Source of the DNA: Eledone cirrhosa
Lineage: Eukaryota
DNA: 64,000 bases
Reading direction: 5' to 3'
Assembly (NCBI GenBank): GCA_964016885.1
Contig: OZ024743.1
Coordinates: forward strand, 377,642,001 to 377,706,000
Part shown: positions 1 to 12,243 of the stretch, piece by piece
Layout of the letters: each line of letters starts with the position of its first letter
Numbering within the stretch: position 1 is the stretch's first letter
Translations under genes and position numbers: made by a program
The notes under the pieces: generated by a model
What the model was told of the DNA's origin: nothing
Seen by the model: the letters and a program-made list of their open reading frames with translations, nothing else
Databases searched by the model: none

Positions 1-604
1 GTAATGTATTCCATTCAAGTGTAGATGCCATGATTTCCAACTCCGTAGCATGTAGAGATCAGGGTTTAAAGATTAAAAGGAGAAAACTGAATTTGTGAAA
101 TTTCTCTTTCTTCCCAGGTAATGCCGAAATTGCCCCCTTGTGAGTGTGTGTGTGTGTGTGTACACACACTTACACAAAATTTATTTTGAAAGTTTAATTG
201 CTGTTACACATCTGTATAACCAAAAACAAGAGTACTGAAGAAAACAATGACAGAACTACAAAAAATAAAATCATCTATTAAAACTATGCAACAACTACTA
301 CTACTACTACAGTTGCCAACCGAGCTAATAACTATAAATCATTCTTCACCCCCACATCTATTGTAAAATGTATTTCGAAGAACAGAGAAAGAAACAAACA
401 ACTTCTACAAGGTTCATTATTAATGGTTCATCAGTGAAAAGGTCACTTTGAATGGATTAATGGCCTCCACAGAAATCACCAACCTTCATGATTTTACTGA
501 AAATTTATACAAATATATATATATTTTTTCTCTCTTTTATTCCGGAATAAAATGTGTCTTGCTTCTGGGCCTCATTTCTTATTTTGTACCAGGATCCCTA
601 AATG

Positions 605-1025
605 AATCATTTTACGCTTGCTTTTTCATGCATACATGAGTTGGACAGGTCTTTTTCAGCACAGTATCCCTCTATTTGTTGCATTCCTGCATCATCTCTG
701 AGCTTCAACAACCTTCGATCAGCTCACATCACATGTGTCCAACTCTTCTTTGTTCTTTCTCTACTACAGCTTCCTACCGCTGGGATTTCTTGCCACTTCT
801 ACAATCCAGCGATCATCATACATACACATCACATGTCCATACTCTTCTCTCTTGCATACTACATATGATTCCTCTTATACCCAGTTATTCTCTCAGTTCA
901 TCCATGCTTCATTGTTCATGCACATCATCAAAGCATGCTCGCTTCATTTCTCTCCAGCTGTCACATATCTTCTGCATTCATTTCCCATGTCTCACCACAA
1001 TGCAGCATCACACATGGGCATCAAA
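605..1025 (-). mobile_element. Degenerate 3' fragment of an RTE-clade LINE
   Basis: Reverse complement translates to MLHCGETWEMNAEDM*QLERNEASML...YGHVM, homologous to MLHGSETWALCAEDIRRLERNEACML in the younger copies at 16882 and 51040; contains stops and frameshifts. Confidence 0.8.
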
Positions 1026-1083
1026 CAGCTGGCCTTTCATTCGTAGAGAGATGCCAACATGTTAAATAACGTTCCATCTGAAC

Positions 1084-1299
1084 AGCTTTTAATCCAGCAG
1101 TATCTGACCAGAATTCTCTCCCTCTTTCTGTTCAAACCAGCTGTAACCAGTCACTCATACTGATGTTAAGGTATTGTTCTCAAAATAAATGATATCAAAA
1201 TCTCAGATTGAATATTATGTTAGATAATTATGTGAAGTAAAGCCTTTACCGTGAAAATATAATAGAAAATATAGACTTATGTAAATGCTAAAGGGTTAA
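1084..1299 (+). mobile_element. MITE family 1 (piggyBac-like, TTAA-flanked), degraded left end
   Basis: Shares the core gttaaggtattgttctcaaaataaa and the right end gtaaatgctaaagggTTAA with about 10 other copies in the window. Confidence 0.75.
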
Positions 1300-1415
1300 T
1301 CTCAATCTTTAATTTTTATGTTAATCCAAACATTTCAAACCTTCAAACACCACGATGTTGTTTCTAACTAATATATCTATTACTTGTGCATCATACAATG
1401 GTGTTGATTATATTT

Positions 1416-1560
1416 ATGGCTGTGTGGTTATGAACTTCACCTTTCAAACCCTGTAGATTCCGGTTCAAGCTCAATCCAGTACATAACACCTTGGGCAAGT
1501 TTACGAAAACTCTGGGCTGACCAATGTCTTGTGAGTGAATTTGGTAGAAGCTTGCTATAT
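1416..1560 (+). mobile_element. tRNA-derived SINE (CORE-like)
   Basis: A-box-like ggctgtgtggtt, B-box-like ggttcaagctc and CORE-like ccttgggcaagt; related copies at 1670-1760(-), 2290-2370(+) and 26255-26420(+). Confidence 0.65.
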
Positions 1561-1891
1561 ATACATATAATAACACACACACACACACATACTGTAAAGG
1601 TGTAGTGTTGGTGCTAGGATAAAAAGCACCCAATCCAACCTGTAAAGTGGTATGGCCTGATCAGTCCAAAGCTAAGACACTTGCCCATGATGCCGCACAG
1701 TGAGATGAACCAGAAACAATGTGGTTGTGAAGTAAACACCTTAACCACACAACCATGCTAACATAATGAAGAAATCAGGACAGCGAAGGACAGGACAAGG
1801 GTTAATCAGCAATCTTCATTTAAATTATTCATTCACCTTTGCTGCTGAGAAAGAACAAAGCATGAAGTTACTAATTTGATATTTATACATC

Positions 1892-2155
1892 AGTGAAGAG
1901 GAGGAAGGAGAGGGAATAAAGTGGAGGAGGAATTAGGAAGACGGGGGGGGGGGGGTATGAGGAGCTGGAGTGGAAGAAGAGAAATAGAAGTGAGGAGGAA
2001 GAACAGGGAAGAAACAGGGGTGAGGAAAGGGAGGAGGAAGAGGGGTAGAGAAGAGGGAGGAGGAAGAGCATTAGTAGTAGGAAAAAGGGAATAGAAGATG
2101 GGAGGAAAGGGAAAGGTAAGAGGATGGGAGGTGAAGAGGAAGATGAAGAAGAAGT
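1892..2155. repeat. Purine-rich (GA/GGA) low-complexity tract
   Basis: About 260 bp almost entirely G/A; similar tracts at 26745-26880 and (as pyrimidines) 8320-8490. Confidence 0.85.
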
Positions 2156-4621
2156 GTATATTATATATTAACATTAGCCAATCACCATCTATTCAATGGA
2201 TCTAAAGAATTATTTCTTCCTCATTAAAAATGCCAAATGTGAGTTATCAGGTGAAAAGAAGTTTACCTGATAATATAAATAAATCAGCACAGATATGGCC
2301 ATATGGTAAAGAAAATCACATTGTAACCACATGGTTTCAGGTTCAATCCTAATGTGAGGCACTTTGGTCAACATTATTTGTATATATACATGAATTAAGT
2401 GCAAGTATTGCAGGAGCTGGTGCCGTAATGTGCAAACTTCAGCATTCAGTAATCAGTAGAAGGGAAGTAAATGTAAAAGCCAAATTCACTATCTTCAATT
2501 CGGTATTCTAAGTGGCCAGAACTGGAGTACATACTGGTAGACGTAAACTTTGAGAGTAAACTTACCATGTCACGACTCTGTACTGACAGTCCCATAAAAC
2601 AAATTGGTAAGGTAGGTGAGTGCTGTCTTTAGTTAGTTTTACAGACGTGTGTGGGGTCACAACATTAGAGAGTCACGGTTAGCCAATATAAGGAATAGCC
2701 CAAATAAGAGTCAGAATGAACAGCCAAAATAAGTGGTGTTTTTTCATTGCATCTGTAAAGGTAACAACATCCAAAGTGCCAGGACCTTATTTTTATGTTT
2801 ATTATTTTTTTCAAATTGGGGTGAGTCTTCTAGGGTGAAGCATCTCCAACAACAGGAAATACAATATGTATACGTACGTATACATATACACATACATGCA
2901 TGTCTCCACATCTGCGATTTCATGACACCACGTGAGCAGGTGATGGTCTTTGGCCTACATAAACACAAACAAGCATGCAAACATATGCACACACACATTT
3001 GCACATGGAATTACATACATACCTACATACACGTGTGTTAGCATGTGTCTCAGTGTGCCATTGCACAACACCACATGCGCAAGTGGTAACATTTGTTTAT
3101 GTCCCACATAAACCATGTATTCCACAGCTTATTAAATGCAATGATCACTACCTTTCAGGGTTTAAAAGAAAAAAATATAAGGGAAAAAAGTGCACAAGTT
3201 GGCATCTATAACTGTAGAAATACTACCTCAAAAGGACTCATCCAACCCATGCTAGCATAGAAAAGTGGATGATGATGATGTTGATTACTTATTTAATGTT
3301 TAACCCCACCCCCTTCTATACATGAAACCAACTCATCTATAAACACTGACATCACACCAGCTGAACAGTTACTGCATTCTGCATTTGGTGTGAAAGAGAA
3401 ATTTGGCTATATTCGTTTAATAATAAATGACCTTCAGCATATATATATATATATACGTATATACGTATATACGTACATACATACAGCCATAGAAACCAAG
3501 CCAAAATCAACTCTGTGTGAACAAAACATGCCCCCCCCCCCCAACTTGGCTGTCTCACAACAGGACAACTTGTCTAACCCATGCTAGAATGAAAAATGGA
3601 AGTTAAACAATGATAATACATATACATGTATATGCACATATACATACATATATGCACATACACATATGCGCATGCAAACAGACATATGCATATATATATA
3701 TGAAGTGTTGGTTGTGATAGTGTTGATGTTGGTGGTGTTGGCTGTAATAATGATGAGGGGGGGGGGGGTTATAAATTAGCTCTTTTATTAACAATATTTC
3801 CCATGAAATACACTGATTTAAGTAATGGAATTTGGAGAGATTTCCTAAAATTATTCATTAGTTCATTAAAATGATATTTGTAACATAAAATTTTATATAA
3901 AATTATGTTAAGATTTTAATTAGAAACCCTTCAAAAATGGGTGATTTTTGTTTCATAGAACCAGAGATGTTATCAGTTGAGTTGGTATCAATAGGGTTAA
4001 AGGACTGAGAAGAAATGGAGATGTACATTTTAATATTTAAAGTTACTTCTCTCTCTCTCTCTTTCATATATACATACATACATATATGCATATACACATA
4101 TATATATAATTCTATCTCACAAAAATCTTTACAATCCTTTCCCTCCTTCCCTCTACAATTCTCCAATAAGTGGCTACTAACCACAACAACAATAACAAGA
4201 GTCAGAATTGGTAGAGAGAGTGTACTGCAGTCAGAAGTATATAGCCAGGTATAATCAATGAGTGGAGGTAGACAAGGTAATGTGGTGTTTTTGGCAATGT
4301 GACAGTTTGTGCATCAATGACCTCTTCTCTGGCTACAGGTCTCAATACCATTGCCTATAAAACCAGAAAGAAATTAAAAACCACAATTCAAATTGATCTT
4401 TAGAAATTGAAATAAATTAGATAATTTTTTTCTGTTTGTTGATTTGTTTGTGTTTTTTTTTTTTTTTTTTTTGTAAATATATTTTTGATTCTTTGACTTT
4501 CTTGGGTAGAATAGACTTAACCCCATTTGCTTGGTTTAACACCATCACCACCTGGCCATTGCGTGCCTTTAGTAGAATACATTCTGAAAAAGGGTTATAA
4601 ACATTACCCTTTCCACCCTCA

Positions 4622-4843
4622 TTAACCTTTTAACATTTAAACTGGCCATATTGGGCTACAATTCTCTCACCTCTTTCTGTTCAAACTGGCTGTAACTAGC
4701 CACATATTGATGTTAAGGTATTGTTCTCAAAATAAATATCAAAATCTCATACATTCAATATTATCTGAGATAATTATGTAAGAAAGCCTTTACCATGAAA
4801 ATACAATAGTACATATAGAGAAATGTAAATGCTAAAGGGTTAA
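4622..4843 (+). mobile_element. MITE family 1, full-length copy
   Basis: TTAA-ccttttaacattta ... taaatgctaaaggg-TTAA: imperfect TIRs bounded by TTAA. Confidence 0.85.
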
Positions 4844-5775
4844 CCATTAGAATAAAGTTAACTCTGCTTGTCATTCTTCCAGGTTCAATAAAATAACATA
4901 CCAGTTAAATACTGGAGTTGATTTGTACAATTCTTCCTCTTTTCTTCACAAAATTACTGGCCTTGTTCCTAATTTAGAAATCAATATTTCTAGAAGAAAT
5001 CTTTAGTATTTTGAAGTAAATTTGTGTCTTTCAACTCCATCATTATTATTATAAAGCAGTGGTGGTGATAGTGATGGTGGTGGCAGTGGTGTTAGTGATG
5101 GAAGTAGTGGTGGTGGGTGGAACAGTATGTTTTCAATGAACCAGGTTAATGATAGTTTCATTTCCGAATTGTTATCGTCTCATATATCACAAATGTCCCC
5201 AGTAAAAAAAAAAACAAGGAGACACATGAACATCACAACTTCTGATTCTCCACCTCCTCTACATAAACACAAAACCTTATATCTATATTAAAAAAAAAAA
5301 AATTACTTTAGCAAATAATATTGATCGCAAAGATTTCGTTAGATAAACCTGATCTCACATTTCTCTCATCTTACTAATGTCCCAGTAAAAGACAGGAACA
5401 TCGTAACTTTATGTTTCTCTTGAAAAATATTCAATTTCAGATTTATGTAAAAAAAAAAAAAAGACATCACTATCATCAACATTATTATTCTACACGATTT
5501 TGATTCACAGAACCGAAGCTTACTCTAGATTTCACAGCATTAACTGAACCAATATACATTTTTTTTCCCCAATACAGTCAGCTTTGATAGTGTTTGAACT
5601 TGAAACTGTGCTGTATCAAAAACATCCTGTCAAGTCACAGCACCACACCCTCCGTGACACACCTGAGTTACATCTTCCACACCACACTCAAGTCACAGCT
5701 TCTAAGTCACAGTTTTTAAGTCAAACAGGTTAAGCAAAGGCTGGAGTTTATCTTGATTTTATATAACTTTAACTA

Positions 5776-5982
5776 ACAGTGGAGACTTCTGGTGTGCTTG
5801 GCCCTAGGTCCACCACCCTATTCCCCACCATCGGCACGGAGTTGGCTACCCGCAGGTTGAGCTGGAATGGCTCTTCTAATGTGTCTTGCTCACCATCCTC
5901 CAGGGAAACGCCTTCTCTATTCTGTCTGCCTGGACCATGGGGCAGCCGGTGCATGGGCTCCCATTTGCATATAATAGTGAGA
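5776..5982 (+). mobile_element. 3' end of a CRE-clade (restriction-like endonuclease) non-LTR retrotransposon
   Basis: Translates, with a frameshift, to VETSGVLGPRSTTLF..IG.ELA...WLF..ILQGNAFSILS, matching the VET.G..G / QRGNA.S C-terminal RLE motif; homologous to 20082-20285 and 25548-25925. Confidence 0.75.
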
Positions 5983-6059
5983 GAACATCAATGCACACAC
6001 ACTCACATATTTTCCAGTTCAAGTATTTTAGCCTATACACTTTTCTGATATCAAAGTAT

Positions 6060-6403
6060 CTGAAACTGTCCCAAGTTCTACAATACAAAGCTGTTTATAT
6101 TTATTTATCTAAAAACCTTTCATCATAATTTTATCTAAGAACCTTTGTTAAGTTATTTTTCCAAACACCTAGTTAACCCTTTTTTCAAACCAGAGCCCTT
6201 TTGGTTTTATGATACTAAGCCATTTGTCTTCAAGTCTTTATATTTATCTAAATACCTTCCAGTATAATTTTATGTAAGAATTGTTGAGAAGTTATGTTCC
6301 AAATCTCAGCTTCAGAAAGTTATATTAGTAAACCCCTCAAAATTCCCATTTAAAAAGGATTTGAAAATCATCGGCAGTGGAAATATGGTAACAAAATAGT
6401 TAA
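6060..6403 (+). mobile_element. MITE family 2 copy (6173-6403) nested in a partial family 2 copy
   Basis: The outer copy runs to aaacacctag|TTAA, then a new copy starts TTAAcccttt and ends ggtaacaaaatagTTAA; internal sequence matches 23105-23334 and 52235-52456. Confidence 0.65.
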
Positions 6404-7304
6404 GTAACTGAGAACACAAGACCCTCCTGGACAAATCAAACTGTTGGGAGGTTAGCCCCAGCTACTGCTGCTTGTGGTGGTGGAACACATTTTCAGCTGA
6501 ATAGACTGATGATTGATTTACACAAAGCTCTTCAGCTCCTTTGCTTGCCAATAATATTTATATATTGCCTTTGTCCTGTTTCTGAACCAGACATTCAACA
6601 TTTTCAGGTCCTTCCAAAATATATCTTATTTCTCCAGTCAGCTGCCTCTTTCTACCTGGGCCTTGAAAAAAACCCTTCAAAAAGATCAGACATCTCTAAT
6701 TAGTGAATAACATGGCCAAAACATTTATAGTTGGCACTTCTGGATATTGGCTCTCAGCCTGTCTCTTACTATGTTATTTGGTTCTCAGTTTCCCAGCATT
6801 GACTTCACTTCACTTGCCCAAGATACCTGTTGCCGCATATCATAGGCAAATCAGACACTGCTTCATGACATCCAATGCCTACCAGCAATGTGGTTTGCTC
6901 AGGTCAGGGATACAGGGTCGTTAAATTTCTACTCAGAAAAATATCCACTTTGGTTGTTACTCCTGCTATAGATCTTAGACATCACATCTCTAAAGAATGT
7001 ATAAATAAATGGTAAATGACCCCTGCTAAAGAAGAGGATGGACCTTGCAGGAAGGCCTCTTGACAGGCTTCGCACTCATCATGGAGTACTTTATGGGGCA
7101 ATGTTTTATGAATGGATGTCCTTCCAGGCACCAACACTTAACTGTCTCTTATGACACATTGGGATAGAGTGTACTGAACATTTATCATGGGGTATTTTGG
7201 GAGCAATATTTTGTGGGAGGATGCCCTTCTAGACACCAACACTTTTCGCTGCCTCTTATGACACACTGCGATTATGGTGTACTGAACATTTACAATGTAC
7301 CATA

Positions 7305-7480
7305 TATATTGGTTTCTGATTTAGGCACAAGGCCAACAATTAAATTGACACCAGTGCATTACTGGTACTTTATTTTATCGACCCCATAAGGATGAAAGGC
7401 AAAACTAACCTCAGCAGGATTTGAACTTAGCATGTAAAAGGGCTTAATCCTATGCCATGAAGCATGTTGTCTGACACTCT
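7305..7480 (-). mobile_element. tRNA-derived SINE
   Basis: tggtactttattttatcgacccc..aggatgaaaggcaaa..acctcagcaggatttgaact: reverse-complement B-box plus the body shared with many copies. Confidence 0.75.
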
Positions 7481-7654
7481 TAATGTACCATATATATTAA
7501 AACGAGGTTTTGTAGGTTCAGTAGATAAGTTACTTGCTGATCTTCCATATGACATGAGTATACACGGTACATTTAAGACTCTACAGTGACATACAAGGTT
7601 TTATATTTTGTTGTGTTTGCAGTAAAAAGTCTAGCAAGAGATTTCAACTGTATC

Positions 7655-7965
7655 AATTACCATCATAACCATCATCGTCACAGTCACTGCCAGCTACCAT
7701 CACTCCCACCATTGTCACCATCACTCCAAACTTCATCATTGCTACAACCATCCTCATCATCACTATCACCATCGACACCAACACCATGGTCTTCAATCAT
7801 TATCCTCCTCACCACGATGATGTTCTATCATTATCATCATCATCATATCCAGTCATTCTCATCAAGGTCATCATCACCACCACCACTACCATCATCATCA
7901 CTACCAGTACCACTACCATCATCATCGCTACCTGCAGCACCACCACCACCACCATCATCACTATC
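7655..7965. repeat. Degenerate (CAT/CAC)n trinucleotide tract
   Basis: Runs of catcat/caccac; explains the Ser/Pro/His/Thr-rich spurious ORFs. Confidence 0.85.
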
Positions 7966-8778
7966 TGTTTTTAATTCCTTTCTCCATGCATGATTTCAAC
8001 ATACAGAAGTAGTTAAGAGGATTGGGAAAAAAAAAAATGTATATATATATATGTGTGTGTGTGTAAAAAGGTAAATAAAAAAAAAATAGATGAAGAACCA
8101 GCCTCCATCACTCCACCCACATAATCCATGAAATAAAAACAAAAATGTAGCCGCGAAAAAGATTTAACGTTGAAATATATTCATTTCCAATTAACAATTT
8201 GTTGTCCTAAATTAGATTTCCAAAGAATACCAGGAAAGAAAATGGAATCCCATCACATGTTTCATATCTGCTAGTTCTTTGTTTCTTCCTCCTCATATTC
8301 AACTTCACTGTAATGTAGATATATTTACTCTATCCTCCCCTTTATCTATCTCTCTCTCCTCTTATTTCCACCAACTCATTCCCCACTTTCCTTCCCCCTC
8401 ACTCTCAATTCCTCTCATCTTTCCCATCACCCACTCCGTTCCTCTCTGTCCTTCACACTCAATTCCTCTCACCTCCCCCTCTCCTATCTTACAATGAATA
8501 TCTCCAGAATAAAGTACAAGTATATCAGAGAGGATTTCCAAGCTTACAGCAAGTTCAAAATATCAAATGCTACACCTATAAAATAGAAAATGACCCCATA
8601 AAAGCAGAGGTTAAGAAAGGCCCTCATGACAGGCTTCATAATTATCATGGGGTCATTTAAAAAAATTAAAATACTACAGCTGTCATTTACAATCAAATAT
8701 CACTTGGTAATATTTATACTTTCGCTAAGGATTTTAGGTGCCCATGCAGCCACAAGCAAACATACACACCTTCTAGAC

Positions 8779-8916
8779 TAGTGGTTCCCAAAGTGGGTTC
8801 CATGAAAAAAGAGTATATTTATATTACAACCATATAGCAGTATTAGACTTTCGGGTTCCCCCAAAAGTTTCTGAACCAAAAAGGGTTCCACATTAGAAAA
8901 AGTTTGTGAAACCCTG
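8779..8916. mobile_element. hAT/Charlie-like MITE, 138 bp
   Basis: Imperfect TIRs tagtggttcccaaa ... tttgtgaaaccctg; 8-bp TSD ttctagac (8771-8778) / ttctagat (8917-8924), matching the NTCTAGAN Charlie target consensus. Confidence 0.75.
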
Positions 8917-8959
8917 TTCTAGATTATTCCTCCTTTGATCCAGCAGAACATGCAGGGTG

Positions 8960-9092
8960 TGACATTGAGCTGGTACTTTATCAACCCAGAAAGCATGAAA
9001 GGCAAGGTTAACTTTGGAAGGATTTGAACACAAAACACAGAAGCAAAGAACAAATATCCAACATTCAAATGACTCTTCCAAATCAACTGCCC
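8960..9092 (-). mobile_element. tRNA-derived SINE
   Basis: ctggtactttatcaaccc..atgaaaggcaaggttaactttggaaggatttgaac; the head ends gactcttccaaatcaactgcc. Confidence 0.65.
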
Positions 9093-9146
9093 TTTACCAA
9101 CTCTTTCAGTCATCTCTTATGACACACAAGGACAGAGTGCATATAT

Positions 9147-10505
9147 TTAACCATTTAGCATTTACATTACTCTGGCCTTGTTCAGTATGTAGGAAAGGTG
9201 TAGGTAGGAACTCCATTCTCTGCCCCAAATGCAAACAATGGGTACACAAGAGATGTAGTGGAATCTCAGGAAGCTTAACTAAGAATATAGGCTTCACATG
9301 TAGCAGCTATGCTGGGACAGCAAGCAGCAAACATCCACAGGAAACAAGTACCACCAAACTCTGGGAGGGCGCTGTAGAAACAGTAGACAGCTTCTGCTAC
9401 CTAGGTGACCGAATTAGCAACGGAGGTGGGTGTTCGGAAAGTACAATAACCAAGGTAAGAACGGGATGGAAAAAGCTCAGGGAGCTACTGCCACTGCTAG
9501 CTGTAAAAGCTTTTCCCACAAAATGAAAGGCAGACTGTATGATGCGTGTATACGAACAGCAATGTTACATGGTAGTGAGACCAGGGCGCTGAAGGTGGAA
9601 GACTTGCGTTGATTAGAAAGAAACGAAGCCTGCATGCTGCGATGGATGTGTAATAGTAATATACGTGAGCGGCAAAGCATAAACGAATTGAGAGAGAGAG
9701 ACTGAGCATAAGAGGAATCAAATGCTGTGTGCAGGAGAGGCAGTTGCGTTGGTATGGACATGTGATGCGTATGAAGGATGACAGCTACATAAAAAGGTGC
9801 AGAGCACTAAAAGTCGATGGAAACCGCGGCGTGGGGAGACCCAAGACCTGGGATGAGGTGATAAAAGCCGACCTTACCCAATTACACCTCTCAAAGGCGA
9901 TGACACGCGACCGTGACCTCTGGCGTCACGCAGTAATACAGAAGAGCCTATATATGCTTCAGCTTTGGCTTGTACCCGTGGGGTGTTCTCCACAGGTACA
10001 AGCCGAAGCTGAAGCATATATACAATATGCCACCCACCCCCTCCCACTGCAAAGTGGTCGTGGAGGTACCACGACAAAAAAGCACTCAGCGCACACTGTA
10101 AAGTGGACGTGTAGGCGCCACGGAAATAAAGCACCCAGCACTCACTGTAAATGAGGTTGGTGTTAGGAAGGGCATCCAGCTGTAGAAATCAAGCCAGAAT
10201 CAGTTCCCGTATGAACAAGACAAGGTCAGCCGACCGGACACTGCCCACAACAGGACAACCCGTCTAACCCATGCTAGTGTGGAAGAACAGACGTAAAACG
10301 GTGATGATGATGATGACTATATTTACTATATATATTTTCATGGTAAAAGCTTTACCTCACATAATATCAAATCTATGAGAGGTTGATATCATTTATTTCG
10401 AGAACAATACCTTATCAGTATGAGCAGCCGGTTACAGCCGGTTTGAACAGAAAGAGGTGAGAGAATTCTGGCCGGATACAGCTGGTTTACATGCTAAAGG
10501 GTTAA
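9147..10505 (-). mobile_element. MITE family 1 copy split by an RTE insertion (9147-9173 + 10317-10505)
   Basis: TTAAccatttagcatttacattactct | RTE | ctatatttactat...atgctaaagggTTAA rejoins into a normal family 1 copy. Confidence 0.8.
9174..10316 (+). mobile_element. 5'-truncated RTE LINE (subfamily A), frameshifted ORF 3' end plus 3'UTR with (GAT)n tail
   Basis: WPCSVCRKGVGRNSILCPKCKQWVHKRC, VDSFCYLGD, AMLHGSET, LRWYGHVMR, GRPKTW; ends gatgatgatga. Confidence 0.92.
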
Positions 10506-10924
10506 ACTGGTTACGCACAACACATCAGTTAACGTTATGGGAAATATATATTTAACTCTTAATAAACCAATATATATTTAACTCCTAATAATTTAGCAGA
10601 AAATGTCTGAAAGTGGGGTTTGTTCATTCAGATGTGTGTAGTATCTTCACTAGAGACAGATCATCATCATAATTATCTGAATATTTACAGTAAACTAAAC
10701 CAAAGACTAATTTTCAATGTGATGCAGTCACAAGAATGTGGTTTCATGTGGAACAGAATGTTAAGAGTTAAAAGGAAAAAAATAGTCAATTTTTATTACA
10801 TTTCTAAAGTTTCTAGCGTATCTTAATATTTATCTTCAAGAAATAATGATATTGGAAGGTTACTGAAAAGAATTTATTGAATTTGAGATTTTAAATATTT
10901 ATGACAAAAGTAAGATTTACTTAC

Positions 10925-10952
10925 CTATAGTTGGGAAAGAATACCGAGTAAT
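10925..10952 (-). other. Candidate 28-nt micro-exon of an unidentified host gene
   Basis: Minus strand: ttctttaattcttttgttttgtAG | attactcggtattctttcccaactatag | GTAAGT; strong acceptor and consensus donor in non-repetitive sequence. Confidence 0.5.
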
Positions 10953-11469
10953 CTACAAAACAAAAGAATTAAAGAATAAAAAATATGCTAATATGTAGAA
11001 TTTTGAATAGTAAGTAAGACAAGATGAGAATTATTAAAATAAGATTAGATTACTGTAAAGACATGATACCATCAAATATGTACTTTAAAGAACCATCAGC
11101 TACAGGGCAAGAATTTATTTTTATTTTTTACATTCTCATAGATTGAACAGGAGACTGAGTATGTAGTTTTATATGTCTCTGTGTCTCTAGTGGTATCTAT
11201 ATTGTAATAAATGAAGAAAAGGGGGAAGGCCAATTGAAAACTGAACCTAAATTTTTGGTGGTGGCTGAGTAGTTGGAGCCAAGGTATACTACAGAAAACT
11301 CAAGGGATAGACACACGCATGCACACACAGGAATAGACCTCCGTCAGTTTCCACACACACACACACACACACACACACAGGAATGGACCTCCGTCGGTTT
11401 CAACACGACACACACACCTCCGTGGGTTTCAACAGAGAGAGAGACAGAGACACAGACAGACAGACAGAG

Positions 11470-11920
11470 AAATGGACTGCCATCGGTTTCAACAACAATG
11501 ATTGTTCCAGCCGTTAGTTCACTGAAACAACCTTCTTGGTAGCCGGTGTGGTGGAGGGCTACTTATTACGAAGTTGGTGGAAGAACACTTTATTTGAAGT
11601 CCGATTCCAGCTTAATCCCAAAGTCCTCTCATGTCTTATCAACCTGCTCATCAAATTAACATGTAAGTGGCAGTACATTCCACAGACACATGTACCCTTA
11701 ATGTAGTTCTCAGGGAGATCCAGTGTAACAAGGCTGACTTTTTGAATTACAGGTACAGTTCATCTGATAGGCTTTCAAACAGCTTCTATCTACCCAGTTT
11801 CACTCACAGGGTCCTACTTCAACCCAAGGCTATGGTAAATGACACTTGCTCAAGATGCCATGCAATGGGTCTGAACCTGGGATCTAATGATTGCGAAATG
11901 AACTTAACCATTTAGTCATT
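11470..11920 (-). mobile_element. SINE (composite tRNA head plus long body)
   Basis: Body aaattaacatgtaagtggcag..ccacagacacatgtacccttaatgtagttctc..ttgaattacagg shared with 21660-21960(-), 56115-56410(+) and 62215-62480(-). Confidence 0.7.
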
Positions 11921-12243
11921 CCACACACACACACACACACACCAGGTTGGATTTAGACCTTGGGGACCCAAGGCAATTCAGGTTGAGGAGGCCCCTCATA
12001 CACAAAACATTAGAATACACAGCAAACCTCTCAATTTTACATATCAAACTTAGCTCGGTGCAAGTAATTGAAATTGAATAGTTATACATACAGGTATTAA
12101 ATTAAAAACTTCTAACCATCCTAAAACTAAAAAAGCCAGCTGAGGGCATAAATAAATTGCTACAGCTGTCGCTGTCTCTCTATACTCTATCCCACCAACT
12201 TTGTCCTTTTGAGACTGATAAAACAGTACCAGTCTTGAGCATT

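Noticed and set aside
100-123. Possible recursive splice site tttctctttcttcccAG|GTaatg (+), with similar AG|GT motifs near 2262(-), 26724(-) and 62994(+)
   Set aside because: They occur on both strands with non-consensus donors and cannot be separated from chance without RNA data
2400-2790. Relatively complex non-repetitive segment with a minus-strand GTAAGT donor near 2560
   Set aside because: All three frames from the nearest plausible acceptor contain stops; identity unresolved
4200-4355. Minus-strand exon candidate after a good acceptor (tttctttctggttttatAG), open for about 50 codons (AMVLRPVAREEV...)
   Set aside because: No convincing donor, no recognisable homology, and the frame ends in a stop
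6480-6930. Possible ancient minus-strand LINE fragment
   Set aside because: Only vague RPR/W motifs; too degraded to support a call
7586-7993. 135-aa Pro/Ser/His-rich ORF and similar YIYI/HTHT/VCVC ORFs across the window
   Set aside because: Products of microsatellite and low-complexity DNA
8587-8658. 12-bp inverted repeat aaatgaccccat/atggggtcattt, related to 7013-7095
   Set aside because: Short, with no clear TSD; probably a piece of an unrecognised repeat
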